A program made the position numbers and the translations under genes. Under the pieces are notes generated by a model that was given only the letters and a program-made list of their open reading frames with translations, did no database searches and was not told the origin of the DNA. From a virus: 58,655 nt of DNA. The stretch lies in the IMG/VR virus record IMGVR_UViG_3300037070_005559, positions 1 through 58,655 of that record. The stretch is one strand, 5' to 3'. Below, in pieces: positions 7,538-15,913 of this stretch (within the stretch, counting starts at the first letter, position 1; each line of letters starts with the position of its first letter).

Positions 7538-7630
7538 ATGACTTTGAACACGCCAACGACTGACGAACTGGAGAGGCCCGCTCCGGTTAGCTCCATGCGG
7601 TTGTTGTGCCGTCCGGCCCGAATCGTATGA
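7538..7630 (+). CDS. Candidate 30-aa upstream ORF / leader peptide
   Basis: Hand translation: MTLNTPTTDELERPAPVSSMRLLCRPARIV. Its TGA overlaps the ATG at 7627 (ATGA). It spans the 3' arm of a long imperfect inverted repeat. Confidence 0.3.
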   Translation: MTLNTPTTDELERPAPVSSMRLLCRPARIV

Positions 7631-8010
7631 CCACAAAAAAAGTCACTCGACACTACTGCGACCACTGCCGCAAGGGGAGCTTCACGAAGCCTAGCATGGT
7701 CAAACATGAGTCACGATGCTGCCGCAACCCAAACCGTGCGTGCGGCGTGTGCGAGAAAGACAACACCAATGTCGAAGCCAATGCCAAGCTGCTAATGGCC
7801 GAAGGACTGGACACCCTAAAATCGAAAACCGACTGCCCGGCCTGCATACTCGCCGCTCACATGATGGCAAACAAACTTTCAGGATTCACAACGCCGGGCC
7901 GGTGGGCGGATGAGGACACGGAGTTCTACTACTACGACTACAAAGAGGCGATGAAGCAATGGTTCAGTGAGAAAAACAATCTGGCGGTGAACCTCGGACA
8001 CGACTACTGA
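7627..8010 (+). CDS. Zinc-finger protein (127 aa)
   Basis: ATG at 7627. HYCDHC...H..CC...CGVC and a CPAC motif. Confidence 0.65.
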   Translation: MTTKKVTRHYCDHCRKGSFTKPSMVKHESRCCRNPNRACGVCEKDNTNVEANAKLLMAEGLDTLKSKTDCPACILAAHMMANKLSGFTTPGRWADEDTEFYYYDYKEAMKQWFSEKNNLAVNLGHDY

Positions 8011-8014
8011 AAAT

Positions 8015-8290
8015 ATGAAGCAAAAACTCGATGAAGTCCGCACGCTGGCCATCAAACTGTTTGAGGCAGGCGAAAGGGAAAAGCGCAAACACGCAAAATG
8101 TATCTGGGGGCAGTCAAAGGAATGGCGCGACCTGCCATCTGAATCCGTGGCTGTGTGGGATGCCGTGGCCATCTGCGCCTACGACCAACTAGCGGCGTCC
8201 TCCCGGCGGCACAACGCCGGAACTCAGCGACCCGGCTCACCGGACGTGTCGCTTGCAACTGAATCGCGAAAGCCGGGTTCGCTGAAGTGA
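8015..8290 (+). CDS. Hypothetical protein (91 aa)
   Basis: ORF in the operon frame context. No motif recognised. Confidence 0.55.
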   Translation: MKQKLDEVRTLAIKLFEAGEREKRKHAKCIWGQSKEWRDLPSESVAVWDAVAICAYDQLAASSRRHNAGTQRPGSPDVSLATESRKPGSLK

Positions 8291-8301
8291 CTGGTTAGGC
8301 C

Positions 8302-8613
8302 ATGAAATTCTACGAGAAAATGATGATGACACCTCCGACCTCGGAGACTGTCCCGAAGCTCGGAATGCAGATAGCCGAAGTGCCGTGCTACCACTGCGGT
8401 CGAATAACCAGAGTGCCGGTCAAACCTGAATGGGTGGACTGGGAGCGAGTGGCCGAGAAATACCGTCAAGGCTACGAGAAGATGATGCAACGCTTCGGGC
8501 AAATCGTGACAGACGTTAACGTGATGCACGCCGGGCCAAATCCAGTGCTCGAATACATCGAAAACGAATGGAAGGTCTTGCTGGATGACCTCCGAAAAGA
8601 CCTAGAGGCGTAA
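8302..8613 (+). CDS. Hypothetical protein (103 aa)
   Basis: ATG at 8302. Ordinary composition. Confidence 0.65.
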   Translation: MKFYEKMMMTPPTSETVPKLGMQIAEVPCYHCGRITRVPVKPEWVDWERVAEKYRQGYEKMMQRFGQIVTDVNVMHAGPNPVLEYIENEWKVLLDDLRKDLEA

Positions 8614-8662
8614 TGGCCTAACAGTGTATTATGCAACACAAAACCGGAGTCAAGGAGCGCAA

Positions 8663-8941
8663 ATGAAATGGACAAAAGCACATAGCCGCAATGCCGTTGC
8701 AGCCAAAGCGCATAAGCGAATGGCTGAGCCTGTGTTCGATGAGGCGCCGGCGCGTAAGTTCAGGTTGCCGCGGGCACGCGCCCGATTCCGCATCACGATC
8801 CGTGACGAACAGATCGGTGATAGCCTCACACTGTCTTTGACTCCGATGCCGTGGCGTGGGAGGTTCCTGTCATCTGACCGGCAGGAACTCAGCACCTACA
8901 AAATCTGTAGGGCAATGCGCGAAATCCTCAACCACGAATGA
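8663..8941 (+). CDS. Hypothetical basic protein (92 aa)
   Basis: ATG at 8663 is preceded by aaggag about 6 nt upstream. The track start at 8624 is GTG. Confidence 0.6.
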   Translation: MKWTKAHSRNAVAAKAHKRMAEPVFDEAPARKFRLPRARARFRITIRDEQIGDSLTLSLTPMPWRGRFLSSDRQELSTYKICRAMREILNHE

Positions 8942-9024
8942 ACTGGAAAACCTTCGCCCTCATCTACGCCTGCATCCTGCTCATCGGCGTCGCCATGTTG
9001 TGCAAACGCAAGAAAACATCGTAG
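8938..9024 (+). CDS. Candidate 28-aa single-pass membrane peptide
   Basis: Hand translation: MNWKTFALIYACILLIGVAMLCKRKKTS. ATGA overlap with the upstream stop. Confidence 0.45.
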   Translation: MNWKTFALIYACILLIGVAMLCKRKKTS

Positions 9025-9038
9025 AGCACGAGGAGGGC

Positions 9039-9878
9039 GTGTTCCTTAACGTCCCCATGTCGGAATACCGCGCGGCATCAGGCGTCTCCCAAGGCAATCT
9101 GAAGGAGATTGCGATCTCCCCCGCGCATTATCGTGCAGCTGTTACCACGCCAGAAGAGGAGCCGACGCAGGCGCAGAAGATTGGCCAGGTCATCCACTCG
9201 GTATTACTCGATCACACGTTTAGCCAGTTTGTTATCCGCCCCGACACCTATCCCGCGACCGTCAAAGGCAAGAAAGGAATGCCGGACATCACTGTCAATA
9301 AAAAGTGGAGCGGCACCGCAAATTATTGCAAGGAATGGATGGAGCAACAGGAGGTGACGGTTATTACAACCACGGATTGGACTGACATTCGCGGCATGAT
9401 CGCCTCCATCCAAAGCCATCCAAAAGCCTCACGCATCCTCAATGGCGAAGGCAATAACGAGGTTTCGATCTGGAAACGCCATGAGCCGACTGGACTGCTA
9501 CTCAAAGGACGTGCCGACCGTGTGACGACCGACAACAATGACTTCATTTGTATTCCGGATCTAAAAAGCTGTCAGCGCGGGGGTGCGGCTCAAGATGAAT
9601 TCAGTCGGTCTATCTACAACTACGGTTACGAAAGGCAAGCGGCGTACTACCTGGATTTGTTCGGCGCCACGTTCTTTATCTTCATTGCGGTTGAGAAGGA
9701 GGCGCCTTATGCAGTTGCGTGCTACAACCTGTCTCCGGACAGCATTGCCCTGGGGCGACGTCAGAACGAGCGGGATCTGGCCATTGTGAATCGGTGTACT
9801 GAAACCGGGGTCTGGCCGGCGTACCCTGAGGGACTTTACACAATCGGAGTTCCTGATTGGGTTTTGAAAAGGGAGTAA
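9039..9878 (+). CDS. PD-(D/E)XK exonuclease (RecE / exonuclease VIII-like; partner of RecT)
   Basis: GRADRV...IPDLKSC (D...DxK) and ERQAAYY...FIFIAVEKEAPYAV motifs. The start is uncertain: GTG 9000, GTG 9039 or ATG 9057. Confidence 0.75.
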   Translation: MFLNVPMSEYRAASGVSQGNLKEIAISPAHYRAAVTTPEEEPTQAQKIGQVIHSVLLDHTFSQFVIRPDTYPATVKGKKGMPDITVNKKWSGTANYCKEWMEQQEVTVITTTDWTDIRGMIASIQSHPKASRILNGEGNNEVSIWKRHEPTGLLLKGRADRVTTDNNDFICIPDLKSCQRGGAAQDEFSRSIYNYGYERQAAYYLDLFGATFFIFIAVEKEAPYAVACYNLSPDSIALGRRQNERDLAIVNRCTETGVWPAYPEGLYTIGVPDWVLKRE

Positions 9879-9926
9879 CCCCATGCCCACGTCACCAAAC
9901 CCCAAACGCGGAGTGAAGGAGAGAGT

Positions 9927-10340
9927 ATGAGTGATAAGAAGCTGGTTGATTTTGACATCGTTGTCCCGGCGATGAAACAGGGCGGAGGTGATGGCTACAC
10001 AAAGACGATTAAGGTGTTGGCTTACACTAATGCCAGCGGTGAAGAAATACTCACGCCTGAGGCAATAGATAAAATTGAACAGTATCAGGTTCACCTTCAA
10101 CTGAAACAGCTTATTGCTGCGGTGCGCGAACTGAACTGGCTACCACCATTACCCGACGCCTTGGATATTGACCGAACAGAGGCAGCAGCGAACGTGGCTG
10201 CTCCTTTGGAGGCGTCGGGATCATTTATCAAGAAGCTCGACAAAGCCATAGCGTTTCACCAAAACAACCAAAACGACCCGCATGGAGTTGGAAGCGCCGT
10301 GATCGCTGCACTAATAGAAGTCAGGAACGCTGCACTATGA
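9927..10340 (+). CDS. Hypothetical protein (137 aa)
   Basis: ATG at 9927 is preceded by gaaggagagag. Confidence 0.7.
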   Translation: MSDKKLVDFDIVVPAMKQGGGDGYTKTIKVLAYTNASGEEILTPEAIDKIEQYQVHLQLKQLIAAVRELNWLPPLPDALDIDRTEAAANVAAPLEASGSFIKKLDKAIAFHQNNQNDPHGVGSAVIAALIEVRNAAL

Positions 10341-10380
10341 CCACCCCCAAAGGCTGGCGCAGGCTCAGGAAAGGCGAAGT

Positions 10381-10548
10381 ATGATCGCTGTGACGAGCCA
10401 CGATAAGAAGTGGGTTGAATGCGAGTCCTGCGCATGGGTAGGGCAACTCACCAAATTCATTCCGCTGAAGCTCTCATGCTGCGGTCAATGCGGATCAACC
10501 AAAATCAGACTCTACATCCGCCGCAAGAAGCGAAAGGAAAAGAAGTGA
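10381..10548 (+). CDS. Small zinc-ribbon protein (55 aa; below the track cutoff)
   Basis: Hand translation: MIAVTSHDKKWVECESCAWVGQLTKFIPLKLSCCGQCGSTKIRLYIRRKKRKEKK. Flanked by ATGA and GTGA overlaps. Confidence 0.5.
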   Translation: MIAVTSHDKKWVECESCAWVGQLTKFIPLKLSCCGQCGSTKIRLYIRRKKRKEKK

Positions 10549-10916
10549 GCATATCAAATTTCCAATACCTTCAGATGCTCGCGCGCTCACCGAAGCTGCG
10601 TCAGCCGAAGCCAGAGAATCCAGTCAAACGCGAAGGCGATCTCCACGATCAGATTATCAATTGGTGCGACAGCCAGTGGCCGCGAGTGAAATACATTCAC
10701 GCCAGGATGGATAGGAGATCCACGATTGCAGTTGGCGCCGCAGATTTTATTTTGTTCCTGTCAATGGGCAGAGTTCTCTGTGCAGAATGTAAAACCAAAA
10801 CCGGAAAGCTCAGCGCAGAGCAGTCTGCTTGGGCTAAAGAAATGGAGATGCTTGGCCATGCCGTTCACGTCGTCCGCTCCTTCGAAGAATTCCTGACCGC
10901 AGTTAAACCAAAATGA
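10545..10916 (+). CDS. VRR-NUC domain nuclease (123 aa)
   Basis: GTG at 10545 (GTGA overlap). AADFILFL...CAECKTKTGKLSAEQSAWAKEMEMLGHAVHVVRSFEEF matches the D...ExK VRR-NUC pattern. Confidence 0.75.
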   Translation: MSISNFQYLQMLARSPKLRQPKPENPVKREGDLHDQIINWCDSQWPRVKYIHARMDRRSTIAVGAADFILFLSMGRVLCAECKTKTGKLSAEQSAWAKEMEMLGHAVHVVRSFEEFLTAVKPK

Positions 10917-10925
10917 AAAACATGT

Positions 10926-11537
10926 ATGAAACTCACGACAACCATCACGCTCGCCCTTATCGCGAGCCTCCTACAATCGCCAGCCCAGACAAATGCGCCA
11001 GCCCTTGAAGAACCTCCGCCCAAACAAGAGGGCCTGGCCATCGTTCCGGTTATAGTGTTCAGCATCTGCGCGGTAGTTGCTGGCGTCATTATCAAGGGCA
11101 TTGCAAAAGTAGCCCACGACGCGTTTCCTCCAGAGACCCCGCCTCCTCCGCCTCCGACGTTCTATCCGATTTGGATACCGATTCCCATTCCGGCGCCAGC
11201 AGCCCCGCCGTACGTGCTTATGCCAATGAGTGTGACTACAAACTCAACGCACTTCTGGGATGTGTCCACCAACGGGTTGGTTGACCCCTTTGGAAACCCG
11301 GTCAAGACCTATCAGGTGACTATCGTGATGACGTCGACGAACATGGTGGACTGGTCGGAGGCGCTGAAGCTTGAGCACTGGAACAGCGACTTCTGGAGCA
11401 CCAGTGTAACCTCGAAGAATGGCGAGCCCGCCCAGACCAATCTTCTGGACACCTCCACACTGTCTACCAGCGATCACTTCACGCCGGCACAGTTGATGGA
11501 CATGCGCGAGCGGCAGAGATTCTTCAAACTGAAATAA
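10926..11537 (+). CDS. Membrane-anchored or secreted proline-rich protein (203 aa)
   Basis: N-terminal hydrophobic signal, a second TM segment (LAIVPVIVFSICAVVAGVII), then PPETPPPPPPTFYPIWIPIPIPAPAAPP. Confidence 0.65.
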   Translation: MKLTTTITLALIASLLQSPAQTNAPALEEPPPKQEGLAIVPVIVFSICAVVAGVIIKGIAKVAHDAFPPETPPPPPPTFYPIWIPIPIPAPAAPPYVLMPMSVTTNSTHFWDVSTNGLVDPFGNPVKTYQVTIVMTSTNMVDWSEALKLEHWNSDFWSTSVTSKNGEPAQTNLLDTSTLSTSDHFTPAQLMDMRERQRFFKLK

Positions 11538-11542
11538 CTTTT

Positions 11543-11630
11543 CCGGCCCGATCCCATAGCGATTAACCAGACTTCGCAAAACGACTAAAAGCCCTTGGCA
11601 GGGCACGAACCTGGCGCAAGATCGGGCCGG
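11543..11630. terminator. Convergent-operon terminator region (long inverted repeat enclosing a small hairpin)
   Basis: ccggcccgatc (11543-11553) pairs with gatcgggccgg (11620-11630). Inner hairpin gccct-tggc-agggc is followed on the minus strand by TTTTAG. Confidence 0.45.
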
Positions 11631-12041
11631 CTACTTTCCCAACGCGACACCAATCCCATCGTGAACGCCTTTCCCGAAGGCAACGATGTACACGCCATTG
11701 GTTTCGATGTTGAACTTCCCGCCAGTCGCCAGATCTAACAGGAACGTCGCCTGCTCGATGCCGATGATTGCCTTCGGCGAGTGAAGTTCTTTGATCGGCA
11801 ACTTTGCCAGTGCATCGCGTAGACCCTGGCCAGTCAGGTTCGTTTTCGTAATCAAATCGTCCAATGCTGACCACGCGAGCTCGAAGCCGGGTCGGTGAGC
11901 GGGATTGAGCTTCATATCGGTGTCGGCACCGATGGACGAGGCGGCGTAGCTGAGTTTGTAGATCCGCTCCTCAGTCGTACCCTGAAACAGGGCGCAGCCG
12001 ATGAGGAGTGCGATAACCAGTGATGGAAGTATTGTCTTCAT
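11631..12041 (-). CDS. Lipoprotein (136 aa)
   Basis: Signal peptide with a lipobox, MKTILPSLVIALLIGC. Last gene of the late operon. Confidence 0.7.
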   Translation of the reverse strand: MKTILPSLVIALLIGCALFQGTTEERIYKLSYAASSIGADTDMKLNPAHRPGFELAWSALDDLITKTNLTGQGLRDALAKLPIKELHSPKAIIGIEQATFLLDLATGGKFNIETNGVYIVAFGKGVHDGIGVALGK

Positions 12042-12062
12042 GTCGTCAGTGTATCAGGTTGG

Positions 12063-12278
12063 TCAAGCACCTGGGGCCTTATCCGCGGCCTCCTGCGTGG
12101 CCTGCTTGCGCCCCTCCGCCACACCCTGATCTCGCTCGATCTCCAGCCATTGATCCAGCCGCGAGTTGATGGTCTTATGAACGACCTCCACCTTTCTCAG
12201 CACCAGAATCAATCCAGTGATGGCGATTATTGTCGGCGGGATGACTACGATCAGCGCGGTTAACACGGCGTCGCTCAT
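12063..12278 (-). CDS. Single-pass membrane protein (71 aa), i-spanin-like or holin-like
   Basis: N-terminal TM segment (LTALIVVIPPTIIAITGLILVL) followed by a charged helical tail. Confidence 0.6.
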   Translation of the reverse strand: MSDAVLTALIVVIPPTIIAITGLILVLRKVEVVHKTINSRLDQWLEIERDQGVAEGRKQATQEAADKAPGA

Positions 12279-12388
12279 GGCTTTCTCATCCGTTTATCGT
12301 TCATAACCATCTCCGTCAGGGCAAACACGCAGATAGCACATATCACCAGCCTGAATCCGCCCAGTTCCAACAGCGTGAGTTCCATCAT
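12275..12388 (-). CDS. Candidate 37-aa membrane peptide (holin-like)
   Basis: Hand translation: MMELTLLELGGFRLVICAICVFALTEMVMNDKRMRKP. ATGA overlaps at both ends. Confidence 0.5.
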   Translation of the reverse strand: MMELTLLELGGFRLVICAICVFALTEMVMNDKRMRKP

Positions 12389-13038
12389 TGAACCATCCAC
12401 TGGTTGTTCGTCGGGTTGAAGGTCGTGTACGAAAGCGTAACCGCCTTCGACGCGTGCCGGCCACGGTAAAACATGCGCGGCTGGTTCATCAGCACCGTCA
12501 CCGGCGCTGGAAGTAGGGCCAACCAGTTTGTTCCGCGAGGCTCGAATGAGAATTCGATCATGGTGTTGCTCTCGCTTGAGCTAATCCTCAGTTGATTCGG
12601 ATAGTACAGCGGCCAGAACGCGCTTTTGGAGTAAGGGCTTTCCCGGCCAAGGTCGTCCACGACCGTCGTTCGGAACCAATCCCGCATGTTCCGCCAGTGA
12701 CGATGAACAACGGTGAATTCAGAGCCGGGGTGCGCGTCATAAATCCAGAAGAACTCAAGATCGTTTGTCCCGTGATAGACCTTGAACATCACCGCTCGTG
12801 GGTCGTAACTGGTCACTCCAAGGGTATTCGTCACCAGCCACGATGCCGGTGGAACGAACACAGCGGCCACAACATTGCGTGCGCGGCTGAATGCCTGGGC
12901 AGCTCCGATTGTTTCGAGCGGCATCCGCTCCTCTCTGGACTGGGCCCGGCGGGCGGATGACGGTGGTCGGGGTTGGTCGGGTTCTCGCTTGAAAACGGAG
13001 CAGCCGCAGAGCAACACCAGAAAAATCAGGAACATCAT
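12385..13038 (-). CDS. Lipoprotein (217 aa)
   Basis: ATG at 13038 is in an ATGA overlap with the upstream stop. MMFLIFLVLLCGC lipobox. The track ORF up to 13332 is an extension that overlaps the upstream gene. Confidence 0.65.
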   Translation of the reverse strand: MMFLIFLVLLCGCSVFKREPDQPRPPSSARRAQSREERMPLETIGAAQAFSRARNVVAAVFVPPASWLVTNTLGVTSYDPRAVMFKVYHGTNDLEFFWIYDAHPGSEFTVVHRHWRNMRDWFRTTVVDDLGRESPYSKSAFWPLYYPNQLRISSSESNTMIEFSFEPRGTNWLALLPAPVTVLMNQPRMFYRGRHASKAVTLSYTTFNPTNNQWMVQ

Positions 13039-13631
13039 GGAGAATAGATCACAGACCAGGCCAAGTCGGCGTCGCCGGATATTCCACATCCGAAGTTCAC
13101 CGTGAAAGAATTCTGGGTTATATCCGAATAACTGAGAGGCGCACTTGCGACTGGGCTTGCTGCCAGGAACGACACGGACGGGGTGTAGTTCGTTGACGGC
13201 ATTGTGTGACCAATCTGGATCACCAGACTCGTTGCCGAATTCGTAACGTTTGTTCGCCCGGAATACATCACCGTTCCCGAGTGCAAAATGCCGTCCTCGT
13301 CCACGGTAATCAGGCTCGGAACATCCGTCCATGGAGCCTCGATTTTGGGGAGTTGGTCGGTGACAATCTCAGCGCGGCCCCCGGTTCCAATAGTGAAGAA
13401 GCAGTCATTGGGTTCGGCCATTCCAAAAGCAACCATTCCATTGTCCAGCATCTGTAAGTGTCCCTTCCCGTTAAGCCCGTGATACCAGATGTTCATGGTT
13501 CCGGAGTCGTGCAGATGAAATTCAAACATTCTCCCGCCATTGGTAACGACCCAATGGGTTGGTAGGTAGGTAATCTGAGACAGCGCGGGGAAGTTTATCA
13601 GGACGAACAGGAATCCAAGGATCGCTCTCAT
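13035..13631 (-). CDS. Secreted protein (198 aa)
   Basis: Signal peptide MRAILGFLFVLINFPALSQ. Confidence 0.65.
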   Translation of the reverse strand: MRAILGFLFVLINFPALSQITYLPTHWVVTNGGRMFEFHLHDSGTMNIWYHGLNGKGHLQMLDNGMVAFGMAEPNDCFFTIGTGGRAEIVTDQLPKIEAPWTDVPSLITVDEDGILHSGTVMYSGRTNVTNSATSLVIQIGHTMPSTNYTPSVSFLAASPVASAPLSYSDITQNSFTVNFGCGISGDADLAWSVIYSP

Positions 13632-13635
13632 AGTT

Positions 13636-15570
13636 TTAGTTGGTTGTTACCGAATTTCCTGCAACAATCAGAATACCCTTGTCGATGATTCCCTGGCCAC
13701 TGGGTGCCGCGCTTGTCCCGCCACCGATGTTAATGCTCAGGCTGGTCACTCCGGAGGCGACGAGCCGGGCGAGAATGTGATTTACAGAGGCCCCATCCAG
13801 AGCCGCTCCGGCGATATTCACGCTCTGGCCATTGTCTGGGAAAATGATATTGGGAAACGACACAGACGACAGGTTGGGGCAGTTGCCGGCATCGAAATCC
13901 CCCGGAGAGCCCGGAGAAATCAGAGCGGGAAGGGAAATGGACGTGAGTGCGGCGTTGCTGAACAGGAACAGCTCGGTTCCAACACTGGTCAGGGCCGGCA
14001 TTGAAATCGTTGTCAGGGCCGTGTCGTTGATGCTCAGGTTAACTGCTATCGTTACCAGCAGCGGAACACTGAGCGTTGTAAGCAATAGATTGTTGGTTAT
14101 CATAAACCCGCCGCCTCCGTTTACAGCGGTCAGGGCCGGCAGGCTGATGGTTGTCAGAGCGGTGTTGATGAAATCTATCTCGCCCGCGACCGTGGCCAAG
14201 GATGTCAGCGTTGCGCTCGTCAAACTTGTATTGTTCAGAAACACAAGACTACCACCAACCGAGGAGAGAACCGGAGAGTTGAACGACACCATTGCGGTGT
14301 CGTTGCTGAATACAAAGTCACTGGCAACGCTGGTCAGTGCAGGGGTGCTCCATGCCAGAAGTGCTGGACACGCTGATGCGTCAATGAATCCGCCGACAGT
14401 TTGAAGATTCGTGGCAGTAATGGTGGTCAGATTCGGGCTGGGGTTAAAGTCCAGCACTCCGCCTATAGAGGATACTGAGGCGATATTGACAGCCGTATTG
14501 ATGTTGTTCTTACAAAAAAAGCTGGTGACAACCGCTGAGAGGACTGGAAAGTTTATCGTGCCTGCGAGGGTGGCGTTTCCGGTGATGGATATTGTGCCAC
14601 CACACTTCAACATCCTCGGAAGGTTCACAACAGTCAGGTTCGGACAGTTGGCGATCTGGAACGTCGTATATCCTATGACTACATTCGGAAACGATGCGGA
14701 CAGCAGCACGGCGTCGGCAATCTTGATATAATTGTTCAGCGCACAAGCCGGTGTGGTAAAAGCCGAACACGGCCCTGAGCACGCCCTCACTTCGTAGCAA
14801 TACTCGTCGTCATCAGCCATCACTGCCGGGTCGGTTATGGTTGTAGCACCACCGGCTACAGTTGAGAACAGGGTAAAGGCCGCTCCATTAATACTGCGCC
14901 AGACCTCGTTGGTTGTCGGCGCCGACCCCTGTGTCCATACGAGGATCGTATTTCCGTTCGTGCTCGAAAGATCAATCGTCAGGCTCAACGGCGCATCAGG
15001 CGCTATTGGAGTATCAGAAAAAAAAACACAGACAAGCGAGATCAGCACCGGCAACAGTAACCCCGCCGGTATACCGCACAGCAGGCACGAGGCGGCGCTC
15101 ATCAGCGATTGAGGATCACTCGATGCCCCGGCGATCACGGAGAAGATATAGATGAGGATGGCCAATTCCATTCCAGGTGTGATCCCACACGCAATGCAAT
15201 CAGCGTTGGCCGCCAGCGTCTGACTCGTGCAATCGGCGCCCGCTTGTTCACAAAACGATGATAGCACGATCGACCAATACATGCCCGGACTTATTCCACA
15301 GTCGAGGCATGAAGCGTCTGTCGCCAGCGCCTGCGCGTCCGCTGGAACGCCGGCTATTACGGTAGAGAGGTAGATGAGGACCGGCAGTCGAGCGCCTATC
15401 GGGATACACCGCTGGATGCACCGCGCATTGTTTTCCAGCGTTGTGGGATCGGTTGAGACTCCGGCTTGAACGGTCGCCAAGTAGATCAGGGCTGGAATTT
15501 GTCGACCGCGCGGGATGCAATGGTCAACGCACGTCGCCAGATTGATGAGTGTTTGAGGATCGCACGGCAT
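13636..15570 (-). CDS. Tail fibre / receptor-binding protein with N-terminal Cys-pair repeats and BspA-type leucine-rich repeats (644 aa)
   Basis: Five ~37-aa repeats (DPxxL...A.C..C.IP.G....LIYL....AG), followed by more than 10 roughly 22-24-aa repeats (LTTISLPALTAV..., LTSISLPALIS...). Confidence 0.65.
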   Translation of the reverse strand: MPCDPQTLINLATCVDHCIPRGRQIPALIYLATVQAGVSTDPTTLENNARCIQRCIPIGARLPVLIYLSTVIAGVPADAQALATDASCLDCGISPGMYWSIVLSSFCEQAGADCTSQTLAANADCIACGITPGMELAILIYIFSVIAGASSDPQSLMSAASCLLCGIPAGLLLPVLISLVCVFFSDTPIAPDAPLSLTIDLSSTNGNTILVWTQGSAPTTNEVWRSINGAAFTLFSTVAGGATTITDPAVMADDDEYCYEVRACSGPCSAFTTPACALNNYIKIADAVLLSASFPNVVIGYTTFQIANCPNLTVVNLPRMLKCGGTISITGNATLAGTINFPVLSAVVTSFFCKNNINTAVNIASVSSIGGVLDFNPSPNLTTITATNLQTVGGFIDASACPALLAWSTPALTSVASDFVFSNDTAMVSFNSPVLSSVGGSLVFLNNTSLTSATLTSLATVAGEIDFINTALTTISLPALTAVNGGGGFMITNNLLLTTLSVPLLVTIAVNLSINDTALTTISMPALTSVGTELFLFSNAALTSISLPALISPGSPGDFDAGNCPNLSSVSFPNIIFPDNGQSVNIAGAALDGASVNHILARLVASGVTSLSINIGGGTSAAPSGQGIIDKGILIVAGNSVTTN

Positions 15571-15857
15571 TACTCCTCCTCAGCGCCCATCATCTTGTCG
15601 AGTGCGGCATCCGCGCGCTCCATGCCTGACTCCTTATTTTCCCCGTGAGGCAGGTATTTGAATTCCACTTCGTCCTCGTACTCGTGGACGACCTCAAATT
15701 CGCATCGGGTTCCTGGGGTAGTTTCCTTGCCACCCAACGCGGATTTTGGAACCAGAAAGGTTTCGCCCGAGTCCTCGGATTTCTCATCCGAAGGCCCGGG
15801 GTTCTCTGATCCAGGATTCTCCGTCCCGGGATCGGGTTGGTCGTACATGTCAGCCAT
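15570..15857 (-). CDS. Acidic small protein (95 aa)
   Basis: ATG at 15857 (the track start at 16088 would overlap the capsid gene). Very D/E-rich. TAATG junction with the fibre gene. Confidence 0.55.
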   Translation of the reverse strand: MADMYDQPDPGTENPGSENPGPSDEKSEDSGETFLVPKSALGGKETTPGTRCEFEVVHEYEDEVEFKYLPHGENKESGMERADAALDKMMGAEEE

Positions 15858-15872
15858 ATTATTTGGTGAAAC

Positions 15873-15900
15873 CCCTCGTAGGATTTCAACCCTACGAGGG
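15873..15900 (-). terminator. Strong hairpin immediately downstream of the capsid gene
   Basis: 10-bp perfect stem ccctcgtagg (15873-15882) / cctacgaggg (15891-15900) with an 8-nt loop. Only a weak U-tract follows. Confidence 0.5.
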
Positions 15901-15913
15901 TGACACGAAACGC

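Noticed and set aside
13039-13332. Upstream extension of the lipoprotein ORF (track 12385..13332)
   Set aside because: It overlaps the 13035..13631 gene by ~300 nt. The ATG at 13038 is ATGA-coupled and is immediately followed by a signal peptide and lipobox.
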